Positions 19,507 through 29,691 of a stretch of 53,913 nt of DNA are shown here, piece by piece. Location of the stretch: NCBI GenBank assembly GCA_944368945.1, contig CALVXH010000001.1, positions 1 to 53,913 of the forward strand. The letters run 5' to 3'. Source of the DNA: an uncultured Bacilli bacterium (GTDB lineage Bacteria; Bacillota_I; Bacilli_A; RFN20; CAG-826). Position numbers and translations under genes: made by a program. The notes under the pieces are model-generated. The model had not been told where the DNA came from, searched no databases, and saw only the letters and a program-made list of their open reading frames with translations. Position 1 is the first letter of the stretch, and each line of letters starts with the position of its first letter.

Positions 19507-20085
19507 TTAAAGAGTTTCTAAACATCTAGTTTGTTTTGATCTAGTGTTGTCTTTATAAGGCACCCCGTTAATTTCACAGATTTCTTGCAATTTATTTTTA
19601 GCTCTTAACAATGAATTAGAATTCATTTCTAATTCAAAATCTGTAATTTTATTATACTCATTTTTATCGATTGAGAATGTATTTTTGCCATCATCAAGAG
19701 GAATTTCAATTCTATGAGTTTTTAATTGAGCACGAATTTTAAGTAAATCAGGATCAAATCCTAACATCTTAACAAATTCTTTAATATAACAATCAGGGAA
19801 TATTCCTTTTTCTTTAAATTCTTTATATTGATCTTCATTTAATTGAGCATTCTTTTCAAGTAAACCTTCACTCATTGGAGCTTTTAATGTCATAACATAA
19901 GAATTATCCTTCTTTCTAATTCTTAATCCGACACCTAATTTCTTAAGATCTAAATCTTTGCTTTCAATATAATAATTTACTTGATCAAATTCATCTGTTT
20001 TTTCTTTTGAGTAAATTTTGACTAATTTATCGTAATCTTCTTTTGTAATTAAAACTTTAGCTTCAATTTCAATATTTGTTGCCAT
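19507..20085 (-). CDS. CYTH-domain triphosphatase (YjbK-like)
   Basis: NIEIEAKVLI (ExExK signature) and 192 aa. It sits between spx and nadK, as in the Bacillus yjb region. Confidence 0.75.
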   Translation of the reverse strand: MATNIEIEAKVLITKEDYDKLVKIYSKEKTDEFDQVNYYIESKDLDLKKLGVGLRIRKKDNSYVMTLKAPMSEGLLEKNAQLNEDQYKEFKEKGIFPDCYIKEFVKMLGFDPDLLKIRAQLKTHRIEIPLDDGKNTFSIDKNEYNKITDFELEMNSNSLLRAKNKLQEICEINGVPYKDNTRSKQTRCLETL

Positions 20086-20147
20086 AATTTATATCTTCCT
20101 TTCAAAATATGATACAATAATTAAGTAAAATTTTAAAGGGATATAGT

Positions 20148-20924
20148 ATGAAGTTTTTTATTTCTACGATTGATGAATTGGATGCGCAAAAAGAAGCTAG
20201 TATTATAAAAAATAAGTTAATTGACAATGGTTTTATTTACGACGAGAGAGAACCAAATTTAGTAATATCCGTTGGTGGAGATGGAACTTTTTTAAGATCA
20301 ATTCAAAAGTATTATAAGATTAATCCCCTTTTTGCTAATATTAATTTTGGCAACTTAGGATATCTTTGTGAATATAGTACAAAAGAAGTTAGTGAACTTA
20401 TTAATGATATTTTAGATATAAATCATCAAGAAAAAGAAGTTAGTTTACTTGTTGCGACTATTAAAGGTAAAAAAGCTTATGCGATTAATGAATTTAGAAT
20501 TGAAGCTGCGCAAGGAAGTACTATAACTTTTGATGTTCATATTAATGGAACATTTTTAGAAAAGATAAAAGGAGATGGATGTTTAGTTTCTTCTTCAATT
20601 GGTTCAAGTGGAATGTCTAGATCAATTGGGGGAGCATTAGTAGATAATGAAATAGAAATGATTCAATTTGTTGAGAAGGCTCCAATTAATAATAAATTTT
20701 ATTCTTCAATCCATTCCCCATATGTTTTAAATAAAGATAAGGTAATAACTATTAACAATTTAAAGCCTAATAGTTGTTGGTTATTTTATGATTGTAAGTC
20801 AGTTTTTTTAGAAAATATAAGTGATCCAATATCTTTTAAAATTAGTGATAAGAAAATTCGCTTTTTGAAAAATAAAAGAAATAATTATATTCAAAAAACA
20901 AGGGAGGCGTTTTTAAATGAATAA
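20148..20924 (+). CDS. nadK: NAD kinase
   Basis: ISVGGDGTFLRS motif, 258 aa. Confidence 0.9.
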   Translation: MKFFISTIDELDAQKEASIIKNKLIDNGFIYDEREPNLVISVGGDGTFLRSIQKYYKINPLFANINFGNLGYLCEYSTKEVSELINDILDINHQEKEVSLLVATIKGKKAYAINEFRIEAAQGSTITFDVHINGTFLEKIKGDGCLVSSSIGSSGMSRSIGGALVDNEIEMIQFVEKAPINNKFYSSIHSPYVLNKDKVITINNLKPNSCWLFYDCKSVFLENISDPISFKISDKKIRFLKNKRNNYIQKTREAFLNE

Positions 20925-21297
20925 ATTAGTTACTTTAAATTTAAATCCTATTCAAATTACTTGGATAGTAATAATAGCTATTTTAGCTATTGTTATTATT
21001 GTATTTTTTTGTCTACATTTCTTTAAGAAAAAACCTAAAGTTAATGATGATAAAAAACCTTTAACTATATCGAATGATGACTTCTTTAAATATCTTGGTG
21101 GCAAAGACAATATAATTTCATATAAATTAGTTGGTTCAAGATTATCCTTAGAATTAAAAGACTATTCTTTGGTTAACAAAGAGGCCTTAAAAAAAGAAAA
21201 TTTCGATGGAATCATCGAAATGAAGAACAAATTAATTCTTGTAAAAGAAGATTTAAGTGAAGAACTTAAAGCCTTAGATAATCTTAAGACTAATTAA
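20917..21297 (+). CDS. Membrane-anchored PTS-EIIB(Glc)-like domain protein lacking the phospho-Cys
   Basis: TM helix, then FFKYLGGKDNIISYKLVGSRLSLELKD. This resembles the EIIB consensus LGGkeNI...CaTRLR, but with Cys replaced. Confidence 0.5.
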   Translation: MNKLVTLNLNPIQITWIVIIAILAIVIIVFFCLHFFKKKPKVNDDKKPLTISNDDFFKYLGGKDNIISYKLVGSRLSLELKDYSLVNKEALKKENFDGIIEMKNKLILVKEDLSEELKALDNLKTN

Positions 21298-21834
21298 ATC
21301 ATTTCTAATTTCTTGAGTAGGGAAGCCAATGACATTATCAAGGCTTCCTTTTATTTTGTTAATTAAATGATATTTATCATCAAATTGAATTGCATAGCTT
21401 CCTGCTTTATCTAAAACATTATTTTCATGTATATATTTATTTATTAAGTCATTAGACAATTTATTAAAAGTTACCTCTGTAGTGACTTCTTTAGAAATAA
21501 CTTTTCCTTTATAGATAATAGTATATCCAGAAACAACTTCATGTGTTTTATTTGATAAGAACTCTAATGTTTTAAATGCATCATCTAAATTTTTAGGTTT
21601 AAGAAAAACTCTATCTTTATATTTTACAATAGTATCACAAGCAATTATGCAATCATCGAAATTAACAAGATTTTGCACGCTTTTTGCTTTATTTTCACTT
21701 TCCAATAGAGATAGATGATTTACCGATTTACTTATTTTACTTTCATCAAAAGTTGGTGAAATAATTTTAAAATCTGTTGTAATCTTTTTTATCAATTCAA
21801 TTCGTCTGGGAGAAGTGGAAGCTAGATAAATCAT
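21274..21834 (-). CDS. maf: Maf-like nucleoside triphosphate pyrophosphatase
   Basis: IYLASTSPRRIELI...AGSYAIQ motifs, 186 aa. Confidence 0.9.
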   Translation of the reverse strand: MIYLASTSPRRIELIKKITTDFKIISPTFDESKISKSVNHLSLLESENKAKSVQNLVNFDDCIIACDTIVKYKDRVFLKPKNLDDAFKTLEFLSNKTHEVVSGYTIIYKGKVISKEVTTEVTFNKLSNDLINKYIHENNVLDKAGSYAIQFDDKYHLINKIKGSLDNVIGFPTQEIRNDLISLKII

Positions 21835-21836
21835 TT

Positions 21837-23525
21837 TTAGTTTACCTTGTTCATGACTAATGGAATAATCATTGGATTACGTTGTGTTTTTCTAAAATAA
21901 TATTTAGAAACAACACTTCTACAAGTGTTTTTAATATCATTGAATGTTACCTTCTTAGAAGAAAATAACTCTTGTAAAGCCTCTTGAACGTGCATTGAAG
22001 CATGTCTTGTTAAATGGTCTTCGTATTTTCCATAACTAACAAATCCAACTGTAATAACCTTTGGAGGGCACATTAATTTTGAAGCCTTGCTATCAATAAC
22101 AAGCATGACGCTGACCATTCCATCATCTTGAAGAATTTTTCTATCTCTGATGACTGCAGTAGAAACACCATTAATATCATATCCATCAATATACACGTCT
22201 TCTGCAGGGATTCTATCTCCATCTACAACTTTATGATTCTTTAATAATAAAGTATCACCATTACCTAGAATAAAAATATTTTCTCTAGGGATTCCTAATT
22301 GTCTAGCAATATCACCGTGAAGTTTTAACATATGGTACTCACCATGTGCTGGCATAAAATACTTAGGATTATATAATTTAAGATTCATTCTTAATTCTTG
22401 TCTTGATGGGTGTCCACTTGAGTGAATGTCGACAAATACTGAACTGGTGATAACGTCAGCACCAGCTCTAGTTAATTGGTTAACAACTCTTTGAATACTT
22501 ACACCATTTCCAGGAATTGGCGAAGAAGAGAAGACAACAGTGTCTCCAGGTATTATACGTAATCCTTTAAAAGTGCCATTTGCAATTCTAGAAAGAGCAG
22601 CCATTGGCTCACCTTGGCTACCTGTACATAAAATAACGGTTTCGGAATCCTTTAAATCGCTCATTGTATCAATGTCTCTAATCATTGATGAAGGTATTTT
22701 GATATAACCAAATTTTAAAGCTATTTCAACAGTATTAACCATGCTTCTACCAACGATGACAATTTTTCTATTATGCTTAATGGTACAATCGACAATTTGT
22801 TGAATACGAGAAATGTTACTTGAGAAAGTTGAAATAATTAATCTTCCATTAGCTTTATCAAAAATTTCATTAATAGAATCTAAAACATTCTTTTCACTTG
22901 GAGTCCAACCATCTTTTTCAGCATTTGTTGAATCAGCTAATAATAAGTCAACGCCTTCGACACCAATACGTGACATTTTATGAATTTCAATATCAGGACC
23001 TACTGGAGTTAAATCAATTTTAAAGTCACCGGTGTCAACAATTCTTCCTTCTTTGGTATCAACGCAGATACCAAAACTATCAGGAATTGAGTGAGTAACT
23101 CTAATGAAGGAAACTTTAAATTCACCAGCAGTGATTACGCTATCACTATCATATTCGACGATTTTAATTTTTTCTTTTATTTTTTGGTCTTCTAATTTTT
23201 GCTTAATTAAGGCTGCTGCTAATTTAGGAGCGTATATAACAGGTATTTTTACCGTCTTAACCAAAAAAGGAATTCCACCGATATGGTCTTCGTGGCCATG
23301 AGTAATAAATAATGCTCTAATTTTTTGTTGGTTGTCCTTTAAATGTGAATAATTTGGTATGACATAGTCAACACCAACTAAATCATCTTCAGGAAACTTA
23401 ACGCCAGCATCTAAAATAATTAAATCGTTTTCACTTTCAATACAATAGGTATTTTTACCGACCTCGCCTAAACCACCTAAAGCATAAATTTTAATTGGAC
23501 TAATTAATACATTTTTTCCTTGCAT
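21837..23525 (-). CDS. rnj: Ribonuclease J
   Basis: 562 aa, ALGGLGEVGKN, HGHEDHIGG metallo-beta-lactamase motif, beta-CASP region. Confidence 0.93.
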   Translation of the reverse strand: MQGKNVLISPIKIYALGGLGEVGKNTYCIESENDLIILDAGVKFPEDDLVGVDYVIPNYSHLKDNQQKIRALFITHGHEDHIGGIPFLVKTVKIPVIYAPKLAAALIKQKLEDQKIKEKIKIVEYDSDSVITAGEFKVSFIRVTHSIPDSFGICVDTKEGRIVDTGDFKIDLTPVGPDIEIHKMSRIGVEGVDLLLADSTNAEKDGWTPSEKNVLDSINEIFDKANGRLIISTFSSNISRIQQIVDCTIKHNRKIVIVGRSMVNTVEIALKFGYIKIPSSMIRDIDTMSDLKDSETVILCTGSQGEPMAALSRIANGTFKGLRIIPGDTVVFSSSPIPGNGVSIQRVVNQLTRAGADVITSSVFVDIHSSGHPSRQELRMNLKLYNPKYFMPAHGEYHMLKLHGDIARQLGIPRENIFILGNGDTLLLKNHKVVDGDRIPAEDVYIDGYDINGVSTAVIRDRKILQDDGMVSVMLVIDSKASKLMCPPKVITVGFVSYGKYEDHLTRHASMHVQEALQELFSSKKVTFNDIKNTCRSVVSKYYFRKTQRNPMIIPLVMNKVN

Positions 23526-23589
23526 TATAAAATATCTCCTAAAAATATGTTAATTTATTTTATCTAAAATTAAGAAACGTGTAAATTAT

Positions 23590-24141
23590 TTAAATAACAA
23601 TTGATCCAGGAATTTTCTTAAACGGATTTATTTTATCAATGTGATCATAAAAAAGTATACCTTTAAGGTGATCAATTTCGTGTTGAGCAACTATTGCGCC
23701 AAATCCGGTAAAGACATATTCGACATCTTTTTCTACTAATAGATCAAAAGCTTTTACAGTAACTTTATAAGCACGATAAACATATCCTTGATGTTCTTTA
23801 TCAACGCTTAAACAACCTTCGCCATTTTCAAGATAACATTTTTTAACTGATTCACTGATTATGCGTGGATTTATTAAACAATATTGATGAGCAACATTTT
23901 TTTCGTCGACATAATAGATTGCTAACATTTGTTTATTAATACCAATTTGTGGAGCAGCTAAACCAACACCACTACGAACATTTGGATGCTTATCTAAAAA
24001 GTCATCATCTTGAGATAATTTAAGATATTCAAGCATATTTAAAAGTGTTTCCTTTAATTCATTTGACAAAGGAAAAGTAATTTGTTCGCTTCTAGCGCGT
24101 AAACTAGGTTTGTTATCTTTAACAATTTTGAATAATTCCAC
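23590..24141 (-). CDS. def: Peptide deformylase
   Basis: GVGLAAPQIG, EGCLS, HEIDHLKG motifs. Confidence 0.95.
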   Translation of the reverse strand: MELFKIVKDNKPSLRARSEQITFPLSNELKETLLNMLEYLKLSQDDDFLDKHPNVRSGVGLAAPQIGINKQMLAIYYVDEKNVAHQYCLINPRIISESVKKCYLENGEGCLSVDKEHQGYVYRAYKVTVKAFDLLVEKDVEYVFTGFGAIVAQHEIDHLKGILFYDHIDKINPFKKIPGSIVI

Positions 24142-24268
24142 GCGTTAATACTAGCATTTTTATAAACATGTTTTAATAAAAATTATAATTTTTTAGAAAT
24201 AAAGCGCTTACAAACTCTTTATGGCTTTTATTTTGAACAATTAAGTGCGATGTGTGTAAAATATTGAT

Positions 24269-24610
24269 ATGGAAATTTCATTAATTGATAAGATTTTAGA
24301 TTTGAAAGAAGAATTACTTAATAGTAAGGAATTTTTAGATTTCAAAGGTGCTGAACTCGGATTAGAAAATAATGATGAAGTTGCTTTATTATCATATAAA
24401 AAAGATATGGCTATTGTTGAATATGAAGATACATTAAAACATTATTCGCGTAATTCAAACGAGGCTTTAAAATCTAATAAATTATTAAGTGAAGCTATAT
24501 TTAAATTAAATGAAAACCCTTTAGTTAAAGAGTATAATTCTTCTTTAGATATCTTAAATGATTTATTAAGAGATATTGAAAGTAGAATTTTTGAGGGAAT
24601 AGATGATTAG
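24269..24610 (+). CDS. YlbF/YmcA-like helical protein
   Basis: 113 aa, helical. Its position upstream of rsmD-coaD matches Bacillus ylbF-ylbH-coaD. No catalytic motif. Confidence 0.5.
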   Translation: MEISLIDKILDLKEELLNSKEFLDFKGAELGLENNDEVALLSYKKDMAIVEYEDTLKHYSRNSNEALKSNKLLSEAIFKLNENPLVKEYNSSLDILNDLLRDIESRIFEGIDD

Positions 24611-25148
24611 AGTTATTGCAGGAAAATTTAAACATCGAGTATTAAAGCAACCTAGTTTGAGTATAACTAGGTCTACAAAAGATGTTTGTAAAGAAGGCTT
24701 ATTTTCTAGTTTAGGTGATATATCCGAACTATCATTTTTGGATTTATTTAGTGGAAGTGGAGCAATAGGGATTGAAGCGTTCTCTAGAGGTGCTTTTCCT
24801 GTATATTTAAATGATGTATCTAAAGAAGCTATTTCTATTATTAAAGAAAACTTACGTAATCTAAAAATAGAAAACGAAATTAAAGTGTTTAACTTAGATT
24901 ATTTAAAGGCTTTAAAAAGATTTAATGAACTTAATATTAGTTTTGACATTATATTTTTAGATCCACCATATAAGATGATAATTGATTTCGAATTTATATC
25001 TAATTTACTTAAGTTTAATGTTTTAAAAGAGAATGGCATTATTGTCGCTGAAACAGATTATCCTTTAGATCAAAAATTAATAGATTTATATCATGTTAAA
25101 CAATTAAAATATGGTAGATCAAGTATGTATATTATAAGAGGTTTTTAA
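24603..25148 (+). CDS. rsmD: 16S rRNA (guanine966-N2)-methyltransferase RsmD
   Basis: MIRVIAGKFK..., DLFSGSGAIGIEAFSRGA, LDPPY. Confidence 0.9.
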   Translation: MIRVIAGKFKHRVLKQPSLSITRSTKDVCKEGLFSSLGDISELSFLDLFSGSGAIGIEAFSRGAFPVYLNDVSKEAISIIKENLRNLKIENEIKVFNLDYLKALKRFNELNISFDIIFLDPPYKMIIDFEFISNLLKFNVLKENGIIVAETDYPLDQKLIDLYHVKQLKYGRSSMYIIRGF

Positions 25149-25625
25149 ATGAGAAAAGCAATTTATCCTGGAAGTTTTGATCCAATTACTAATGGTCATA
25201 TCGATATTATTTCTAGAGCAAGCAAACTTTTTGATGAAGTTATTGTTTTATTGGCAGTTAATCCAAATAAAGAATGCAGATTTAGTGTCGATGAAAGAAT
25301 AGAGATGCTTAAAAAGGCAACATCTCAATTTGACAATGTTAAAGTTGATTTTTATCCTGGTTTAACCATTCAATATGCAAGAAATGTAGGTGCAGTTGCT
25401 TTAATAAGAGGGTTAAGAGTTGTTAGTGATTTTGAATATGAGTGGACATTAAGTGCTGCAAATGAGTTTATCGACAAAGGCATTGAAATGGTATTTTTAA
25501 TGGCACATCATGAAATGACATTTATATCTTCAAGTGCGATTGATGAACTATATCATAGTGGTGTTGATATATCACCATTAGTCCCTAAAGTTGTTATTGA
25601 AATGTATAAGAAAAAATCCAAGTAA
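25149..25625 (+). CDS. coaD: Phosphopantetheine adenylyltransferase
   Basis: AIYPGSFDPITNGHIDII motif, 158 aa. Confidence 0.95.
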   Translation: MRKAIYPGSFDPITNGHIDIISRASKLFDEVIVLLAVNPNKECRFSVDERIEMLKKATSQFDNVKVDFYPGLTIQYARNVGAVALIRGLRVVSDFEYEWTLSAANEFIDKGIEMVFLMAHHEMTFISSSAIDELYHSGVDISPLVPKVVIEMYKKKSK

Positions 25626-25635
25626 AAATGTGTAT

Positions 25636-25668
25636 AAAAAAATCTCCTCAGAACGAAGGAGATTTTTT
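25636..25668. terminator. Bidirectional rho-independent terminator
   Basis: 8-bp stem aatctcct/aggagatt (25641-25648 / 25657-25664) flanked by an A-run and a T-run, between convergent genes. Confidence 0.8.
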
Positions 25669-25686
25669 AATAATGCTACTTAATAA

Positions 25687-26586
25687 TTATAATTTGAATT
25701 GGTCATTATAAATCCATGCATTTGCTAAGAATGTAGCTCTTTCATATTGATTGGTTCCATCAAAAGTAAATACTGCATTTGTAATGATGTTTGAAGTACT
25801 ATTAGCATCTGTTAAATCGATAACAACTAATGAAGGAATTGTACTATCGTAATTTGCAACTTCACGGAAGTTTTCGATATTTGTAACATATGCATCGATT
25901 GTAGAAGAATCAGATTCTTTTCTTACAAGATTTTGATAGTATGAGAAATCTTGATAAGCATCATTTAATGTGGCATAGAATCTTGAGAACATACCACTAT
26001 AAAGTAAGTAGTCATAAGCACTATTATCATCGTAAGTGTGATCATTGTCATCGACATCAATTTCTTGATCAGTGAAAATTGTTTGATACTTGAATTCGCC
26101 AGCAATATATTGTTGAGCATTATCACGATAAAGTTTATTAGCTTCTTCAACAACTTTTTGTTGCCATGATGATGAAACAAGTAAGTTACTAGCATCATTA
26201 ATATTAGCGCTAGCATCATTTTCTTTAACAAAATATAAGAACATTTTGTTTGTTGAGCCAACATATTTATTTAATGCTTGTCTAGCTTCATTTTTATTTC
26301 CGTTTGACCATTCGACTTGAGCTTCGTTAAATGATTCAAAGAATTCAGCAGCTTCACCTTCAATTTCACGATCTGTTATTCCTTCAAGTGATAATTGATT
26401 TTTCTCTAACCAAGTATAGGTGTCATCTCCGAAGTCCCAACTGCTTACCCAACTTGTGATAGAAGGAATAGAGAAAATTACTGCGAAAATAATACCGACA
26501 ATTAAAAGTGGTTGAACCCATGCTGTTTCTTTAATCCATCTCCATAAACTTATAAATGGAGTAGCTAATTTCTTTAAAAATACCAT
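25687..26586 (-). CDS. Membrane-anchored acidic extracytoplasmic protein, unknown function
   Basis: One N-terminal TM helix followed by a D/E/N/Y-rich ectodomain. ATG 26586 behind a GAGG SD is preferred over the TTG at 26610. Confidence 0.6.
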   Translation of the reverse strand: MVFLKKLATPFISLWRWIKETAWVQPLLIVGIIFAVIFSIPSITSWVSSWDFGDDTYTWLEKNQLSLEGITDREIEGEAAEFFESFNEAQVEWSNGNKNEARQALNKYVGSTNKMFLYFVKENDASANINDASNLLVSSSWQQKVVEEANKLYRDNAQQYIAGEFKYQTIFTDQEIDVDDNDHTYDDNSAYDYLLYSGMFSRFYATLNDAYQDFSYYQNLVRKESDSSTIDAYVTNIENFREVANYDSTIPSLVVIDLTDANSTSNIITNAVFTFDGTNQYERATFLANAWIYNDQFKL

Positions 26587-26784
26587 TAAAAATACCTCAT
26601 CTAAATGCAATTAAAAGTATATCACTAATTAAAAAGTAATAACAACTAAAAATGTGCTTTCTTATATACTAAGTATATAAATGTAAGAATAATTAAGTTG
26701 CTTTTTAGTTATTATATTAAAAAAATAGAAAAAAATAAAACAAGTGTTGTCTTTTTCTTTCAAGATTAATAATATTAATATCAT

Positions 26785-27867
26785 ATGTATTACTTTAAAA
26801 AATTAAAAAAGGATTTTATCAATTATTTCTTTGATCATCCTATTCAAAAAAATATTTTTGAACATAGTTATTATTTAATTTTAACAGTTATTTCTAGTTT
26901 TATTTTTTCATTTGGGTTTAAAGCTTTTATCCAACCTAATTATGATGCGATTGCACAAACTTCATCATTTGTTAGCGACCTTTCTATTAAAACTTTAGCA
27001 AGTTGTGGTGCTAGTGGAATTAGTCAAGTTCTAATTTCTATTATGAAAATATGTGGATGTGATTATTTAACTGATAACGTCTTACATGATATTACCTATT
27101 GGTGTTTTTATTTAGGTGTTAATATACCATTGTTTATTATTGGATTCTTAAAGGTAGGCAAAAGATTTACATTATATTCTTTTTTAAATGTCGCTTTTGC
27201 GTCGATTTTTGGTATTATACTTCCAAATTCGCAGCCTACTGATTTTATAAATCAAGTTACAGCCGCCATTGGAACAGATATTTTTGCTAGAGTTACTTTT
27301 GGTGCTTTATGTACTGGTATGGCAAGTGTTTTAGCTTATATGATTGATTCATCAACTGGTGGAACTGACATAGTTGCTTATTATATTTCAGAGAAGAAAA
27401 GTGTGCCTGTAGGCAAGTGGTCTGCTTTCTTTAATGTTATTACTGTCTCTGTGTTTTCTATTTTATCAGTAGTTCCATTAGATGAAGTTTTCGCAGCTCA
27501 TGAAATGGGAAGCGTCCAACCTGCTACTGCTTTAACCATTTTCTTATTTACTATTTTCTATATGATTTTTGTTACTTTAGTTGTTGATACAATTAATGTT
27601 AAAAATAAAAAAGTCGAAATTCAAATTATTACTAAAAATTCAAATTTATCAAATGTTTTAATTGCTAATATTCCTCATAGTTGCACTATTTTAGAAGGTG
27701 CTGGAGGTTATACAGGAGATAAAATTTATATTGTAAATGTCTCAGTTAGAAAAAAAGAAGCAAAAAAAGTCGTAAAAGTTTGTCGAAGTGTTGATCCTAA
27801 TGCATTCATCAATGTTATACCTATGGACCAAATTTATGGACGTTTCTATAAAAAACCTATTAAATAG
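26785..27867 (+). CDS. YitT-family membrane protein (DUF2179 C-terminal domain)
   Basis: 360 aa, multiple TM helices. The C-terminal GAGGYTGD...VDPNAFINV pattern is typical of YitT/DUF2179. Confidence 0.7.
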   Translation: MYYFKKLKKDFINYFFDHPIQKNIFEHSYYLILTVISSFIFSFGFKAFIQPNYDAIAQTSSFVSDLSIKTLASCGASGISQVLISIMKICGCDYLTDNVLHDITYWCFYLGVNIPLFIIGFLKVGKRFTLYSFLNVAFASIFGIILPNSQPTDFINQVTAAIGTDIFARVTFGALCTGMASVLAYMIDSSTGGTDIVAYYISEKKSVPVGKWSAFFNVITVSVFSILSVVPLDEVFAAHEMGSVQPATALTIFLFTIFYMIFVTLVVDTINVKNKKVEIQIITKNSNLSNVLIANIPHSCTILEGAGGYTGDKIYIVNVSVRKKEAKKVVKVCRSVDPNAFINVIPMDQIYGRFYKKPIK

Positions 27868-27870
27868 GTT

Positions 27871-28395
27871 TTGGAGGTATTAATTATTAAGGCAAAACTT
27901 TTAAAAATTTGCTCATTATTCTTGTGCGTTTTTATCACTACTTCATGTAATGATACAAAAAAATATGAGGACTTAGATTACAAAGATTTTGAACAATTTA
28001 GTTTAAGCACATTAGATGATCTTTATTCATTGAAAGGAACATATTGTGTAGAACTTTATTATCCAACTTGTTCGCATTGCGTTTCTTTAAAACCATATTT
28101 ATTTAAGTATTTAGATGAATATGAAAGGGGTGAAAAAACGACAAAAGTTTACTTTTTTGATGTTGAAAGCAGTACAACAGCTAATGGAAAATTAAATAGA
28201 GCGAAGTTCAAATCAAAGTCTGTTAATTATAATAGAGAAGAGCTTATATTAGAGATGAAGGAGAATAAGCCAAGTACTTTAAGCGAAACTTATTTTTTTG
28301 GCACGCCATCACTATATGTAATAGAAAATAATAGTTTTAAGGATTTAATTGTTGGTGATAAAACCATTGCAAGCTATTTTAATTCATTAAAATAA
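27871..28395 (+). CDS. Thioredoxin-like lipoprotein
   Basis: Signal peptide ending ITTSC (lipobox-like) and a YYPTCSHC CxxC motif. The start codon is uncertain: TTG 27871 overlaps a GGAGG that may instead be the SD for a start a few codons downstream. Confidence 0.6.
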   Translation: MEVLIIKAKLLKICSLFLCVFITTSCNDTKKYEDLDYKDFEQFSLSTLDDLYSLKGTYCVELYYPTCSHCVSLKPYLFKYLDEYERGEKTTKVYFFDVESSTTANGKLNRAKFKSKSVNYNREELILEMKENKPSTLSETYFFGTPSLYVIENNSFKDLIVGDKTIASYFNSLK

Positions 28396-28443
28396 GTTTA
28401 CATTTTGGTATTAAAATTACACTTATTAGTGTATTATAATTTC

Positions 28444-29409
28444 ATGCTTGAAAAGATAAGTTTTACAAAAACAATTAAAGAAGAATTAACAAAGAACAAT
28501 TATAAAGAAGGGGAGGCTAGATCTTTATTAGCTGCTTTTATTAAGGTTAATGGAATGATAAGCTTTTCTAATGATGGTGAAAAACTAACTCTTAGAACAG
28601 AAAATGCTAATATTGCTAAATTTATATATAGTCTATTAAAAGAAAGATATCCTAAATCAGTCGTCTCTTTTTCTTTTGTAAGAGCTATGAAACTTTATAA
28701 ATCAACCGCTTATTTGATTAATGTTATTGACGGAGTTGAAGAAATTATTAAAACTTTGCCTGTTGATTTATTAAATTCTAAGATTCCTTACGAACTTCAT
28801 AATAAAGAAGACAAAATTAGAGGCTATTTAGTTGGCACATTCCTAGCATCAGGAAGTTGTAATGATCCACACACAAGTAACTATCATTTTGAATTTTCTT
28901 TTAGCGAACTTGAATATGCTAATTCTATATTAAAATTAACAAATAAAATTAAAAGTACGAGCTTGAATTTTAAAATCACTCAACGCAGAAACAAACATAT
29001 TGTATATTTAAAAAGAAGCGATCAGATAAGTGATTTTTTAGCTTTTTTAAATGCGAACAATTCATGTATTGAATTCGAAAATATACGAATGGATCGTGAT
29101 TTTTCAAATACTACTAATAGATTGATGAATTGTGACTCATATAATTTTAAAAAAACAATAGATATTGCTAATAAGCAAATAGAACTCATAAAAACAATTG
29201 ATAAAAAGCTTGGAATTGATAACATCCAAAACGAGAAGGTAAAATTGCTTTGTCATTTAAGAATTGATAATCCAGAAGCAAATTACAATGAGCTCGCATC
29301 TTTGATGAGCGAAAAACTTGATGAGTCTATTTCTAAATCAAATGTTAATCATTTGATGATAAAGATTAAAAAAATGGCGGAGAGTTATAATGAAACTAAG
29401 CCAAATTGA
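28444..29409 (+). CDS. whiA: DNA-binding protein WhiA
   Basis: MLEKISFTKTIKEEL start, LAGLIDADG-like middle domain (GYLVGTFLASGS), C-terminal HTH. ATG 28444 is preferred over the ORF-track start 28405. Confidence 0.85.
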   Translation: MLEKISFTKTIKEELTKNNYKEGEARSLLAAFIKVNGMISFSNDGEKLTLRTENANIAKFIYSLLKERYPKSVVSFSFVRAMKLYKSTAYLINVIDGVEEIIKTLPVDLLNSKIPYELHNKEDKIRGYLVGTFLASGSCNDPHTSNYHFEFSFSELEYANSILKLTNKIKSTSLNFKITQRRNKHIVYLKRSDQISDFLAFLNANNSCIEFENIRMDRDFSNTTNRLMNCDSYNFKKTIDIANKQIELIKTIDKKLGIDNIQNEKVKLLCHLRIDNPEANYNELASLMSEKLDESISKSNVNHLMIKIKKMAESYNETKPN

Positions 29410-29626
29410 TATTAACTTTGAGTTAGGAAAAAGAATCCAATACTTAAGAAAAAGAAGAGGAATGTCACAAGAAGACTTAGCTTTAGAATGCAAAATTAAT
29501 AAAAATTACTTAAGTGATATGGAAAGAGGAACAAGAAATCCTACAATAAAGATATTGGAAAAGGTTTCTAAAGGATTAAATATTAGTTTAGAAGAACTTT
29601 TTAGAGGAATTGGAAGCATAAAATAA
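29390..29626 (+). CDS. XRE-family HTH transcriptional regulator
   Basis: 78 aa, LRKRRGMSQEDLALECKINKNYLSDMERGTRNPT. Confidence 0.85.
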   Translation: MKLSQIDINFELGKRIQYLRKRRGMSQEDLALECKINKNYLSDMERGTRNPTIKILEKVSKGLNISLEELFRGIGSIK

Positions 29627-29691
29627 TCAACACTTTTATTTGAAATGTTTATTATTTTTACTTATTATAATATAATGTTGATTGGTGAATT

